This document shows positions 27,385 to 38,500 of a DNA stretch of 64,000 nt, one piece after another. The DNA lies in IMG/VR virus record IMGVR_UViG_3300042291_000666, positions 32,001 to 96,000 of that record. One strand, given 5' to 3'. The notes beneath the pieces are model-generated. The model saw only the letters and a program-made list of their open reading frames with translations, did not search any database and was not told where the DNA came from. Position 1 is the first letter of the stretch; each line of letters starts with the position of its first letter. This stretch comes from a virus. The translations under genes and the position numbers were made by a program.

Positions 27385-27525
27385 ATTGTTAAGCTCCGCA
27401 CCTCAGCTCTGGCCCTTCGGGGTCATCTGGGGGGCGTCTTAGCAATACTGTGATAGGTTGGCCCATATCTCTATTCTGTGTGCATTGACAAGGGATGTCT
27501 AGCATGCTGGGGCCAGCTGATTCAC
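27385..27525 (+). ncRNA. Candidate structured RNA downstream of the MCP gene
   Basis: GC-rich. Long stem capped by a C-UUCG-G loop, then a three-way junction with G-U pairs that favour the + strand. Confidence 0.6.
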
Positions 27526-27560
27526 TTTATTTTTTTTAACAAACTTAATTATAAAATATT

Positions 27561-27761
27561 ATGGCACTAGATATAAAAAAAGCAAACAAAACATATGAGT
27601 TTTCAAACTCAAATGTTTCTCAAATTATTGCTTCAAAAGCTGTAGGTAAAGATATATTAGATAGAAATTATGCTGATAATGTTGCAGCAAAAGCAGCAGG
27701 ATTAGGTAATGGAGATTTATATCATACGGCAGGAGTATTAAAAATTGTTTACGCGGCTTAA
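27561..27761 (+). CDS. Small head-fibre/decoration-like protein
   Basis: YADNVAAKAAGLGNGDLYHTAGVLKIV motif; lies after the MCP gene. Confidence 0.6.
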   Translation: MALDIKKANKTYEFSNSNVSQIIASKAVGKDILDRNYADNVAAKAAGLGNGDLYHTAGVLKIVYAA

Positions 27762-27886
27762 GTCAAATAAACTGGAGTAAGAATAAAAACCTTACTTTAG
27801 AAATATTAATAATAATAAATTGTACATAATTATGTACTTTTGACAATGAGAAAACAATTATTAAATTTTAACACAAAAACCAAATT

Positions 27887-28903
27887 ATGAATGATTACAC
27901 AATTGTAGAAAAGTATCAGCAAACAAAGAATCAAACTATTGCTATACGCCCTTATTTTAACTCTTCAAAAGAGAACATGGGTTTAGAGCATTACGGATTA
28001 GCTTTGCATGATGGAGTATTTCATGAAGAAACATTAGCTTGTTTAGAAATGAATGGGGTTAAACGTTATGTTACAGGATTAAATGAATTTGCTCCTGATG
28101 TAAAAATGTTAGCTCCAAAAGAAAAAGAAGCAAAGATCAAAGAAATTAGAAAAGTTGTTTCTCAATTAGAAGCTGAATTAGCTGCTAATGTTGTTGCTGT
28201 TGATGATAAAGATTTTTGGAACAAGCTTACAGTAATGAAGCCTGATAATTCAAAATTTTGGGATAAGATTAGTTTAAGATGTGGTAATGATCCTGTGTTT
28301 TTAGATCCAGATAAAGATCCTTATGACTTAATTAAATTACATGCTATTCATGCAGGAGGTTTTTCTATTGTAGCAAAATCATTAAGAGAAGCAAGAGAAT
28401 CAGGTAATCCACCTAAATTCTATCTTGATACAATGGAAGAAACATTAAGTACTAGAACAGAACTTAGTAAATTAAAAAATAAAGCATTGGTTGAACTACA
28501 AAAAATGTATGATTCAAATGCTTCAAAATTAATGTATGTTGCTAAAATCTGTGATGCTGATAGTGTACAGTATGTTAAAAATACACCTAATGATATTCTT
28601 TATGAAAACATGGATGAATATATTCATGGTAATGGTGCTGAGTCTTCTAAGAAAAGAGCAGCTTCACAATTTATAGAAGTGTCAGGGTTATCAATGGAAG
28701 AATTAAAAATTAGAGCTTTAATTAAAGACTCTTTATATTATAGATTTATTACTACTAAAGCTGGAGGTTGGATTGAACCAATTGACAGTGGAATTAGATT
28801 GGGTAAGTCACCATCTGAATGTCTGGAATTTTTAAAGAATCCAGAGAATGAAGAAACATTGATGTCATTACTTAATAAAGTAGAGCCATACTGGAACTCC
28901 TAA
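27887..28903 (+). CDS. Conserved crAss capsid-module protein
   Basis: Synteny after MCP; 338 aa. Confidence 0.65.
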   Translation: MNDYTIVEKYQQTKNQTIAIRPYFNSSKENMGLEHYGLALHDGVFHEETLACLEMNGVKRYVTGLNEFAPDVKMLAPKEKEAKIKEIRKVVSQLEAELAANVVAVDDKDFWNKLTVMKPDNSKFWDKISLRCGNDPVFLDPDKDPYDLIKLHAIHAGGFSIVAKSLREARESGNPPKFYLDTMEETLSTRTELSKLKNKALVELQKMYDSNASKLMYVAKICDADSVQYVKNTPNDILYENMDEYIHGNGAESSKKRAASQFIEVSGLSMEELKIRALIKDSLYYRFITTKAGGWIEPIDSGIRLGKSPSECLEFLKNPENEETLMSLLNKVEPYWNS

Positions 28904-28913
28904 AATTTAAAAA

Positions 28914-29621
28914 ATGGATAATAACACACTTTTAATTAAATTAAAACAAAGACTAAACAAACTAGATAGCCAAGACTATGATAACATAGAGTGTTGGCAG
29001 TTTGTTGAAGCTTTTAATAAAGTACAGGTAGACTGGTGTAGAAGAAATTTGCACGGGGGTAATATGTACAAAGAAGGTGATGAATTATCTAAAAGAAGAA
29101 TTGATGATTTACAACCCCTGTTAAGAGAGTTATCTTTAACAGGAGTTGTAACTGATCAGTACTTTGAAACAAATAACTTTCCTATAAATACTTATTTAGA
29201 ATACAAAAGAGTAAGTACGGATGCTACAAGTGAATGTTGTCCAGATCCTAGATCAATGACAGTATATTTAGCTGAAGAGGCTAATGTATCTTTATTACTA
29301 AGAGATCCATTAAAGGATCCAAACTTTGAATGGGGTGAAACATTTTGTACAATGTTGGGTAACAAAATTAGAATATATAGAAAACCAGATTTTAATATTG
29401 TAAACCCTGTATTGACTTACTATCAAAAGCCTGTTTATATACAAATACAAGGTTGTGTTGATCCATATACAGGTGTTGTTAGTACAACTAATATACCTTG
29501 TCAATTTAAAGATGATGTTGTTGAAGTATTATTAGATGATACGGCTTCACTTATTGCAGGAGATATAGAGAACATTTATCAACAACAAAGGGGCCAAGGT
29601 TCTGCTGAAAGAAATAATTAA
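28914..29621 (+). CDS. Head-tail adaptor/ring protein
   Basis: LKQRLNKLDSQ...RIDDL...LTYYQKP; crAss synteny. Confidence 0.65.
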   Translation: MDNNTLLIKLKQRLNKLDSQDYDNIECWQFVEAFNKVQVDWCRRNLHGGNMYKEGDELSKRRIDDLQPLLRELSLTGVVTDQYFETNNFPINTYLEYKRVSTDATSECCPDPRSMTVYLAEEANVSLLLRDPLKDPNFEWGETFCTMLGNKIRIYRKPDFNIVNPVLTYYQKPVYIQIQGCVDPYTGVVSTTNIPCQFKDDVVEVLLDDTASLIAGDIENIYQQQRGQGSAERNN

Positions 29622-29623
29622 TC

Positions 29624-30151
29624 ATGGAAAATAAAATGAGATCTTTAAAGATAAATACTCAAGTAACTAAAACAATTAGCAGACCATCTGCAAAAGTTGA
29701 AGAAAAAGAAGAAAAAGAAGAAGAATCTGTTATAGCTAAACCTGTACCAGATACTGGTGTTGGTGGAAGTTCTTTAGATACTATGACTGCTAATTTAGCA
29801 ACTGAAATGATGAATGCTGCAATCAGTTTTCATAGACTTCATTTAAAAGTTAATGGAGAAGGTTCTTATTCAGCACATATAGCTTTAGGTGGTTTTTATG
29901 AAGGTCTACATGATCACGCTGATACTTTAGTAGAAGGATATCAAGGTGTGTCTGAAAAACTTTTATCATACAAAGATTCACCAATTAGAACATTAGATAC
30001 TGTAGCGGATGCTGTTGGATATTTAAGAGATTTATACAATACTGTTAACAAATTACAGGGTATGATGCCTTATTCAGAAATTGTAAATAATCTTGATCTT
30101 GTAAAAGATTCAATTAATTCAACAAAATATAAATTAATTTTTCTATCATAA
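29624..30151 (+). CDS. Ferritin/Dps-like four-helix protein
   Basis: FHRLHL...SYSAHIALGGFYEGL..HADTLVEGYQG...TKYKL. Confidence 0.8.
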   Translation: MENKMRSLKINTQVTKTISRPSAKVEEKEEKEEESVIAKPVPDTGVGGSSLDTMTANLATEMMNAAISFHRLHLKVNGEGSYSAHIALGGFYEGLHDHADTLVEGYQGVSEKLLSYKDSPIRTLDTVADAVGYLRDLYNTVNKLQGMMPYSEIVNNLDLVKDSINSTKYKLIFLS

Positions 30152-30235
30152 TTGGAAATTAAAAACTTTTGCTTATATTATATGTGTACACGTAGTACAA
30201 ATTTATATATTTATTAATAACAAAAAACAAAAATT

Positions 30236-31699
30236 ATGGCTTATTTTAATCATGCGTTTTACAAAACGTTTGTTGCTACATCAACCCAAGCGTCAGCTGG
30301 AGTAGCAACCTCAGCATTAACTGCTGGTCAGCTTGGTTTAGTTACTGATGCATCATGGCAAACAATTGCTATTGCTGGTGGTACTTTACCTGCTAACTCA
30401 TTAGCTTATCTTGTACAAGGTAGCTACTACACTAAAGATACTATTGGAAACAATCCAGGTAACGGTGGTTACAAGGAATCTGTTAAATCAAAAGGTATCA
30501 ATCCTAAATTCATCTCAAGAGCATGGGTTACTAACTGTTTATTGGCTCAACAATCTACTGCGTCTTTATCATTAGGACCTGATTGTGCTCCATGTGGAAA
30601 AACTCAGTTCATGAGAATTGATGTTAAAGGTTCTCCAACATTACGTTTCTTAAATCACAATGCTTATTCTATTGGTGATAGTGCAAACATTTGTTGTGTA
30701 GGTGATCAAGAATTTTTAGATCCAGCATTAGTTTCGGCTACTATGGCTCAAATGGTTCTTGCTAATCCTTTAATTACTCCATTTGTTGCTGAAGGTGACG
30801 TTGATGGTGTTGCTACTGCTACATTAGCTGGTGGTTCTGGATATTCTGTTGCTTCTGGTGTTGCTACTACTGGTGGTTCTGGATCAGGTTTTAAAGTTAA
30901 TATTTTAACTGTATCTTCTGGTGCTATTGCTACTTATAGTGTTGCTGCACGTGGTGCTGGATATGTTGTAGGTGATGTATTAACAGTTGCTGGTGGTACT
31001 GGTGGAACTTTCACAGTTACTGCTCTTACTGCAGGTGGTGTTGTAATTACTGCAACTACTGGTGCTGTAAGTGTACAGTCTGTTTACACTATTGCTCAAA
31101 CTTTAGGTACAGCTGCTTCTGGAAACTATGTTCCTTCACTTGATCCTAATGGTACAACTAAAGTTAGTGCTACAGTTAATTTTGTAGGAGCTTATGTTGA
31201 TACTAAATTTGGTAACTGTTCATTTGATACTAGAGATCATTTTAACGCTGAACCTGTAGTTATCATTGCTTCTATCCTTGATGAAACTGGAAATCCATGT
31301 AATGATTGTGGTGTTGCTACAAGCACTCCTGGTCAAATGCAACAAACTCAAGGTGAAAATGTAGTTAGAGATTTAATCTTATCTGAAAGATACAGACAAT
31401 CTCCTTTCAATCAAGGAAATGCAGATAGTGCAAGAATTAGAGAGATTGAGATGTCAGATGAAATCTTAGCTGCTGTTGATAGATCTGCTACTTATAAAGC
31501 ATATTATATCCAACATACTGTTCCAAGATTCAACAACCCAAGTGGTGTGTTTGACAATGATCAATATGTTTACCAAGTATATGTTAAATGTTCTGACACT
31601 GCTGCTAACACTGCTGTATTAGCATTGGTTAACAAAGTGGTTGCTTTAGCAAATGCTGCTGGTAATAACATTGCATTAGAAACTAACTCTTACTGGTAA
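30236..31699 (+). CDS. Auxiliary capsid protein-like structural protein
   Basis: MAYFNHAF...YYIQHTVPRFNNPSG, with an internal GGSGY/GAGY beta insert; followed by a terminator. Confidence 0.65.
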   Translation: MAYFNHAFYKTFVATSTQASAGVATSALTAGQLGLVTDASWQTIAIAGGTLPANSLAYLVQGSYYTKDTIGNNPGNGGYKESVKSKGINPKFISRAWVTNCLLAQQSTASLSLGPDCAPCGKTQFMRIDVKGSPTLRFLNHNAYSIGDSANICCVGDQEFLDPALVSATMAQMVLANPLITPFVAEGDVDGVATATLAGGSGYSVASGVATTGGSGSGFKVNILTVSSGAIATYSVAARGAGYVVGDVLTVAGGTGGTFTVTALTAGGVVITATTGAVSVQSVYTIAQTLGTAASGNYVPSLDPNGTTKVSATVNFVGAYVDTKFGNCSFDTRDHFNAEPVVIIASILDETGNPCNDCGVATSTPGQMQQTQGENVVRDLILSERYRQSPFNQGNADSARIREIEMSDEILAAVDRSATYKAYYIQHTVPRFNNPSGVFDNDQYVYQVYVKCSDTAANTAVLALVNKVVALANAAGNNIALETNSYW

Positions 31700-31734
31700 T
31701 CAATATACCTTAAGAGGTTGATTTTTTAAAAATT

Positions 31735-31771
31735 AAGAGTAGGAGTCAAAAACTCCTGCTCTTTTTTTTTT
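31735..31771 (+). terminator. Intrinsic terminator
   Basis: AAGAGTAGGAG-loop-CTCCTGCTCTT plus a T-tract. Confidence 0.85.
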
Positions 31772-31827
31772 CTTTATTCTAATTTTTTTGTATATTGTAT
31801 ATATAGTGTATCAAAATAAATATCAAA

Positions 31828-32400
31828 ATGGCTGACAAACATATATTAAGCTTAGAAATACCAACAGTATCTAACTGTAATCTTTTATGTATTAAAGATA
31901 CTAGTCAGTATTCTTCAGAACTTGCTGTTGATTGTGAAGAATTATTAATCACACTTCCTGGCTTTACCGTACCTGTGTTACTTAAAGTAACAAAAGGTTT
32001 TGACATGTGTTTAACAGCATGTGCACTTGCAATACAAAACCTTAATTGTGGAACTATACAACAAGAAATTCCTGATGGAATTTATGTTATTAGATATAGT
32101 GTATCTCCAAATTCAAAAGTTTATGTTGAATATAATCACTTAAGAGTTACTAGATTATTGACAAAATATTATGAAGTATTATGTGATTTAAATATTCAAG
32201 CATGTCAACCTGAATCATATAAACAACAACTTTTAAATGAGATGAATTATATTAAAATCATGATTGATGCTGCTGTAGCTAATGTTGAATATTGTCAATC
32301 TCCAGCTCAAGGAATGCAATTATATAATTATGCAAAAGATGGATTGAATAGAATAATTTGTCCTTCTGGTAATTGTGGGGGAAGAACATACTTATACTAA
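31828..32400 (+). CDS. Structural protein (IPDGIY motif), Cys-rich
   Basis: IPDGIYVIRYSVSPN; lies in the virion module. Confidence 0.6.
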   Translation: MADKHILSLEIPTVSNCNLLCIKDTSQYSSELAVDCEELLITLPGFTVPVLLKVTKGFDMCLTACALAIQNLNCGTIQQEIPDGIYVIRYSVSPNSKVYVEYNHLRVTRLLTKYYEVLCDLNIQACQPESYKQQLLNEMNYIKIMIDAAVANVEYCQSPAQGMQLYNYAKDGLNRIICPSGNCGGRTYLY

Positions 32401-32458
32401 TAGTATATACTAAAAGTATATGATGATAAAGATTTAAATAAACCAAAAATAAATTGAT

Positions 32459-32662
32459 ATGAACTGTGCAAATTGTAACAAAACATTTACTTGCGGTTGT
32501 CAAAAAGCATTTGATGACCAAGGTACTGCCATATGTAAAACATGTGTGAATGAATGGGCTAATAAAAGATTATCTGGTGAAGCGGTTACACAACCATTAC
32601 CAACAAGAGATTTAAATTTAGAATTAGCAGCTCAACAAATTAGAGATCTGAGAAATAAATAA
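32459..32662 (+). CDS. Small Cys-rich protein
   Basis: CANC...CGC...CKTC. Confidence 0.7.
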   Translation: MNCANCNKTFTCGCQKAFDDQGTAICKTCVNEWANKRLSGEAVTQPLPTRDLNLELAAQQIRDLRNK

Positions 32663-32664
32663 AT

Positions 32665-33165
32665 ATGGAGCAAGCACTTATTAAAAGAATTAGGACTGAA
32701 CAAAATTTTGCAGTACAAGCATATACAAATTTTAAAGAAATTAAATTTGGTATAGAACCATGTTGCTATGTTGATTTTGAGACAGCTGCTTTAAATAAGT
32801 ATTTGTGTGATTGGCAAAACAGTGCTTCTAACAAAATAATTATTGATAGTGGTCAAGTAGGCATCTTTATTGAACCATTAGCAATAGTTAATACAGAAGC
32901 TAGTATGTCTTGCCCAGTTATACCTACTAATGTTTGTACAATAATAGATCTTGAAAATATACTTTGTAATACAGGAACTTATATACATACACAAGATGTG
33001 CCATTAGCTGTTTGGGTTATAACACATAATTTAGGAAGTTTTCCTTCAGTGACAGTTGTTGATAATTTAAATCAAGTTGTTGTTGGTGATATAACTTACA
33101 ATAGTTCAAATACATTAACAATAACATTTACCACTGCTTTTGCGGGGTATGCATATTTAAATTAA
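32665..33165 (+). CDS. Tail hub/fibre adaptor-like protein
   Basis: C-terminal WVITHNLGSFPSVTVVD...GYAYLN domain. Confidence 0.6.
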   Translation: MEQALIKRIRTEQNFAVQAYTNFKEIKFGIEPCCYVDFETAALNKYLCDWQNSASNKIIIDSGQVGIFIEPLAIVNTEASMSCPVIPTNVCTIIDLENILCNTGTYIHTQDVPLAVWVITHNLGSFPSVTVVDNLNQVVVGDITYNSSNTLTITFTTAFAGYAYLN

Positions 33166-33209
33166 AAACAATTAAAACAAATAATAACTAAAAACAAAAA
33201 ACAAAAATC

Positions 33210-35477
33210 ATGGCAATTAAATATTTAAATAGTATTAACCTGAATCAGAATGAATTGCAATTTGCAGTTATTCAAAATTTAGGCACACCTCCTGCAACGG
33301 CAACGGAAGGTCAAATTTATTATGACACAGTAACTGATAAGTTACAGTTAAGAACTGCTAGTGCTTGGGTTCCTATTCTTTCTGGTACAGATACGAATAC
33401 TACTTATACTTTAGCTACAGCTCCAACAGGAACTGCCATTAGATTAACAGGTAGTGATTCTACTACTAATGATGTTACTATAACTGGTGCAGGTACTGTT
33501 GTTGTTACAAGAACAAGTGCTAACACATTAACAATTACAGGAACTGATTCTGCTGCAGGTACGGTAACTTCAGTAGTTGCTGGTACGGGTATTTCTATTA
33601 CCGGAACTGCTACTATAACTCCTACAGTAAACATTCTTTATGCTGGATTATCTAATGCTATTTTAGCTGCTACTGCAGCTACTCCAGTTGGTGCTGATAC
33701 ATTATGGTTTAGTGATGCAACAGATAATACAATTAAGAAAGCTTTACTTTCTACATTCCCTGGATTTGGTGCTGATGGTACTGTAACAAACGTTACTGGT
33801 GCTAACTCTACATTTGTTTCAACAGCAGTTGCTACTGGAACTACAACTCCAGTTATTACAGCTAGTTTAAGTGCAACAGGTACACCAAGTGCTACTACTT
33901 TCTTAAGAGGTGATAATACATGGGCTGCTGCATCAAATTATACTAGTTGGTCATTACAAGGTTCAGCGGGAACTACAGAAGTTATTTCAAGTGGTGAAAC
34001 TGTTAACTTTTTTGCTGGTGCGGGTATAACAACTACTGCTTCTAATTCATTAGGTATTAATTATTTAAGTATTGTAAATACAGGTGTTCTTGCACTTACT
34101 GCAGGTACTAATATTTCTATTACAGGTACTAATACAAATTTAACTATTAATTCAACTGACCAATTCCAAGGTACAGTAACTTCTATTACTTTAGCTGCTG
34201 GATCAGGAACTGGTACTGCAATTACATCAAGTGGTACATTTACATTTGCTGGAGGTACAGGTATTACAACTTCTGTATCAGGAACTACTGTAACTATTAA
34301 TGCTACAACTTTAGGTACTGTAACAAGTATTACTGCAGGAACTGGTTTAACAGGTGGTACAATTACTTCTACCGGTACAATTGCTGTTAAATATACAGGA
34401 GCGGGTAACATTGTAGATGCAGCACCAACTGGAATACCTTTAACAAGTTTTGATTATTTCTTAACACATAATTTTATAACAAATAATGCTGAAAAATCTC
34501 AAGTTGGTGCATTATCAATAAGTGAATTAGATGCACCTTCTGCAGATTTAAGTATTAATACATTTAAATTAACCAATGTTGTTAATCCAACAAATGCTCA
34601 AGATGCTGCAACTAAAAACTATGTAGATACTACATTAGCTGGTTCAGGTGCTTTAATTTACCAAGGTGGATATAACGCATCTACAAACGTACCTAACCTT
34701 GATACAACATCAAATATTCTTATTAATAGAGGATTTACATATACTGTTACAGTAGATGGTTTATTCTTTGGGGAACAAGTTAGAGTTGGTGATTTAATTA
34801 TTGCAAATGTAAATATTCCTGCTAACAGTCCTTCAAATGCTATAACTAACTTTACAATTGTTCAAGATAATGTTGATTTAGCTAGTACAACTACTGTGGG
34901 TATTGCTAGTTTTGCTGCTGCAAGTTTTGCAGTAAGTGCAGCTGGTGAGGTTACAATCAAAAATGGTGGTGTAATTTTAGGTACACAAACTACAGGAACT
35001 TATAACCCTACTGTTGGTTTATCACAAACTATTGATATTGGAAATAATACTACATCTGGTGTTGCAGTATTTAATACTGTTACATTAACAAATGGTGTTA
35101 TTACAGCATTTACCACTGAGAATATTCAAGCATCAAGTACAGCTAATCCTGGGGTAATTTTAATTGCAACAGATGTTGAAGCTACTGCTGGTGTTGTAAC
35201 TACTAAAGCTGTTACTCCAGCACAATTAAAATCTAATGCAACTACAATTGCTAATGCAGCTATAGTAGCTAGAGAATTTAAACAAACTGTTACTTTAGCA
35301 TCAACAGTTATAAATCATGAGTTAGCTTCAAGAGATCTTATAGTTCAATTGTATGATACAGTTACTTTTGAAACTGTTTATGCAGATATTATTAGAACAG
35401 ATGTAAATAACTTAACTGTTATTTTTGGAGCAGTTCCAACTAATGCTATTAGAGTATTAATTACTAAAATAGGATAA
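33210..35477 (+). CDS. Tail fibre, proximal
   Basis: Thr/Gly-rich GTVTS..AGTG repeats and the NPTNAQDAATKNYVD fibre motif. Confidence 0.8.
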   Translation: MAIKYLNSINLNQNELQFAVIQNLGTPPATATEGQIYYDTVTDKLQLRTASAWVPILSGTDTNTTYTLATAPTGTAIRLTGSDSTTNDVTITGAGTVVVTRTSANTLTITGTDSAAGTVTSVVAGTGISITGTATITPTVNILYAGLSNAILAATAATPVGADTLWFSDATDNTIKKALLSTFPGFGADGTVTNVTGANSTFVSTAVATGTTTPVITASLSATGTPSATTFLRGDNTWAAASNYTSWSLQGSAGTTEVISSGETVNFFAGAGITTTASNSLGINYLSIVNTGVLALTAGTNISITGTNTNLTINSTDQFQGTVTSITLAAGSGTGTAITSSGTFTFAGGTGITTSVSGTTVTINATTLGTVTSITAGTGLTGGTITSTGTIAVKYTGAGNIVDAAPTGIPLTSFDYFLTHNFITNNAEKSQVGALSISELDAPSADLSINTFKLTNVVNPTNAQDAATKNYVDTTLAGSGALIYQGGYNASTNVPNLDTTSNILINRGFTYTVTVDGLFFGEQVRVGDLIIANVNIPANSPSNAITNFTIVQDNVDLASTTTVGIASFAAASFAVSAAGEVTIKNGGVILGTQTTGTYNPTVGLSQTIDIGNNTTSGVAVFNTVTLTNGVITAFTTENIQASSTANPGVILIATDVEATAGVVTTKAVTPAQLKSNATTIANAAIVAREFKQTVTLASTVINHELASRDLIVQLYDTVTFETVYADIIRTDVNNLTVIFGAVPTNAIRVLITKIG

Positions 35478-35483
35478 ACATTA

Positions 35484-35537
35484 CTTTTATATGAAGGGGG
35501 GATTTCATAAATTCATGTTTTCCCCCTTTTTTATAAA
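35484..35537 (+). terminator. Stem-loop/terminator
   Basis: GAAGGGGGG...CCCCCTTT plus a T-tract. Confidence 0.65.
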
Positions 35538-35581
35538 TAAAAAAATTGTACTTTTGGTACCAATATTAAATAAAATTATAG

Positions 35582-38500
35582 ATGGCAATAAGATTTTTAA
35601 ACAGTATAAATATCCAAGCAGGTACATTAACTGTATCAACTATAGCTAACTTAGCCACAGCATCTAACGTATTTTTAGTTTCAGATGGTGGTTTAGTTAA
35701 ATATAGAACTGCCGCACAAGTGCGTTCTGATATTGGAGCAGGCACAGGTACAGTAACTAGTGTTGCTGTAACTAATGGTACTGGTATTTCTGCATCAGTT
35801 GCAAATGCATCTACTACACCAAATATTACTATTACAAATACAGACTTGGGTTCTTCTCAAGCTATATTTAAAAACTTTGCAGTTGCTGGTGAAAGTACAG
35901 TAGTTGCAGATAACAATAATGATACATTAACTTTTGTCAATGGAGCTAACGTTGCTATTACTACTAATGCAACAACAGATACAATAACTATATCCGCAGC
36001 AAATACTAATAACTTTCCATCAAGTTTAGCTTGGGATACCGGAACAGGTATTTTAACTTTAGGTAGAAGTGGTTTATCTTCTTTAACTGTAGACTTAGAC
36101 GGTAGATATTTAGAACTAGCAGGTGGAACTTTAACGGGTGGATTATATGGAACATTTGCTAGTTTTGGTGGTACACTTAATTCATATGTTACAATAGATA
36201 ATTTAGCAAGAAGATTTAATTCTCCTGAAGGTGCAACTTATATTACAACTAACTCTTCAATAGTTGGAGCTATTAAAATTAAATTACCTATAGCAAGAAA
36301 TAATTCATCTACAATGATGATGTTTACTGTTAAGATCTATCAATATAGTACAGGTAATTGTCATGAATTACAAATTGCTGGATATAATTATGCTGGAGGA
36401 AGTTGGTATAATACATCTGTTACAAATTTAACAGATAATGGTGGTAATTTAACTGTAAGATTCGGTACTGATGCAACATCTGATTGTGTATGGATTGGGG
36501 AAACTAGTTCTAGTTGGTCATATCCACAAGTATTTGTAACTGACTTTCAAGCAGGATATAGTGGTCAAGCTAATTCTTGGGGAGAAGCTTGGAACATTAC
36601 ATTTGAAACAGCATTTGATACAGTAGAAGATACAAGAATAGCATCACAAGTAATTACAAGTAGAAATATTGGTGTACAAAATGTTCTTACAGCTACTGCA
36701 TTAACTTCAATGAATATATCTCAGTTTACTAATGATAGTGGTTATACTACTGCTACTGCTGTTGCTAATAATTATGCTTCAAAATTTCTTACATTAACTA
36801 TAAATGGTACAGGATATGATCTTAGTGCAAATAGATCTTGGAGCGTTGGTACTGTAACATCTTTTTCTTTTGGATTAGGCACAACAGGAACAGATATAAA
36901 TGCTACCCTTACTAATAATACTACAACACCTGCATTAACTTTAAATGTTCCTGATGCAAGTGCTACTGCAAGAGGTTTAATTACAACGGGTACACAAACT
37001 ATTGCTGGTGCCAAAACATTTTCATCTGGTGTTACTGCATCAAGTTTTGCTTTTGGTACATCATCAATATATAATTATAGTGGTTTAAATGTAATATATC
37101 AAGGTGCTACAGGAACTACACATAATTTTGGCGGTGGCCCTGGTTTTGTACAAAATAATTTATCAGTACCTAATGGTACATTTAATATTGCTTTACAAAC
37201 AGCATCAACTATAGCATCATTTGATGCATCTAAAAATGTAGTAAGTTTACCTACTGCAACATATCCTTCATTAGCAGAACTTGCTTATGTCAAAGGAGTT
37301 ACATCTGCTATTCAAACACAACTTAATGCTAAAGGTACTGTCAATTCAATAACCGCAGGAACTGGATTAAGTGGTGGAACAATCACAAACTCAGGAACTA
37401 TTGCGTTAGCAAATACATCTGTTACTGCAGGATCATATACTGCTGCTAATATTACAGTAGATGCTCAAGGTAGAATTACATCAGCATCAAATGGTTCTGG
37501 TGGTGGTGGTATTACAGGTTCTGGTACTGCTGGAAATATTACTAAATGGAGTACTACAACGGGTGTAACAAACTCTATTATGACAGATAATGGTACTACC
37601 GTTACTATAAATAGTGGTACATTAGCTTCACCAGTAAATAGTTATTTGCCAGTACAAACTTTTGCATTAAATAATGGAAACGGTGAGTATGTTGAATTTG
37701 GTTCTTTAAGAACAGCTACAGGATCAGACTGGACAAATGCTGGATTTAGAATACAAGAAAAAATTGACTCAACTTGGATGGGGTATATGCAGTTCAATGG
37801 AACTGGTAATCTAGGTGGTATTTCATTTGGAACAGGTACAAGTGCTGCAAGTAGACAATCTATTGTAGAAAGAGTAATAATCAATAGTGCTGGTAGCATG
37901 GGTATAGGAATTGCTCCACTTAGTACACTTGATGTAAATGGTACTATTACAACTAGAGGTCAATTATATATAACATCTGGAGGTTCATCTGTACCTAATT
38001 GGTTTTTCCAATTAAATGGTTCTGGAGATTTAGTTGTTGATGAAGCAATAACTTCTAAAAATTTTATATTTAGTAATTCAGGTAATGTATTTTTAAGTAA
38101 TGGTGGTCAAGTAACAATTGGTACAACAGATGTTGGTACACCTAATTATGGACTTCTACCACAATTAACAGTAGCAAATGCTTCTGGTGGTGTTTTAGAT
38201 ATAAGAACTACTAATACAAATGTTGTAGCTGGTACATCATTGGGTAGAATACAATTTACTGGAAAAGATGATTCACTTACAGGATATACTTCTGCAGCAA
38301 TTGAAGCTATTTCAGCAGGTACTATTAGTAGTGGTGCAAACGGAGGTGGTAAGTTAAAACTAATGACTTCTATAGCAGGTTATGGTACACCTCCTTTACC
38401 TAGAATGTGGATTAATCAAAATGGTTATGTTACTGTAGGATCTACAGACTTAGGATATAGTGAATTTGCTGTAAATGGTAGTGTTTATGCAACAAGTGGT

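Noticed and set aside
27376-27761. Readthrough or frameshift fusing MCP to the 66-aa ORF
   Set aside because: MCP ends in TAA with another in-frame stop shortly after, no slippery heptamer is evident, and the 66-aa ORF has its own good start context.
33210-37600. GGTACAGTAACT-like nucleotide repeats
   Set aside because: They are explained by the GTVTS..AGTG peptide repeats of the tail fibres.
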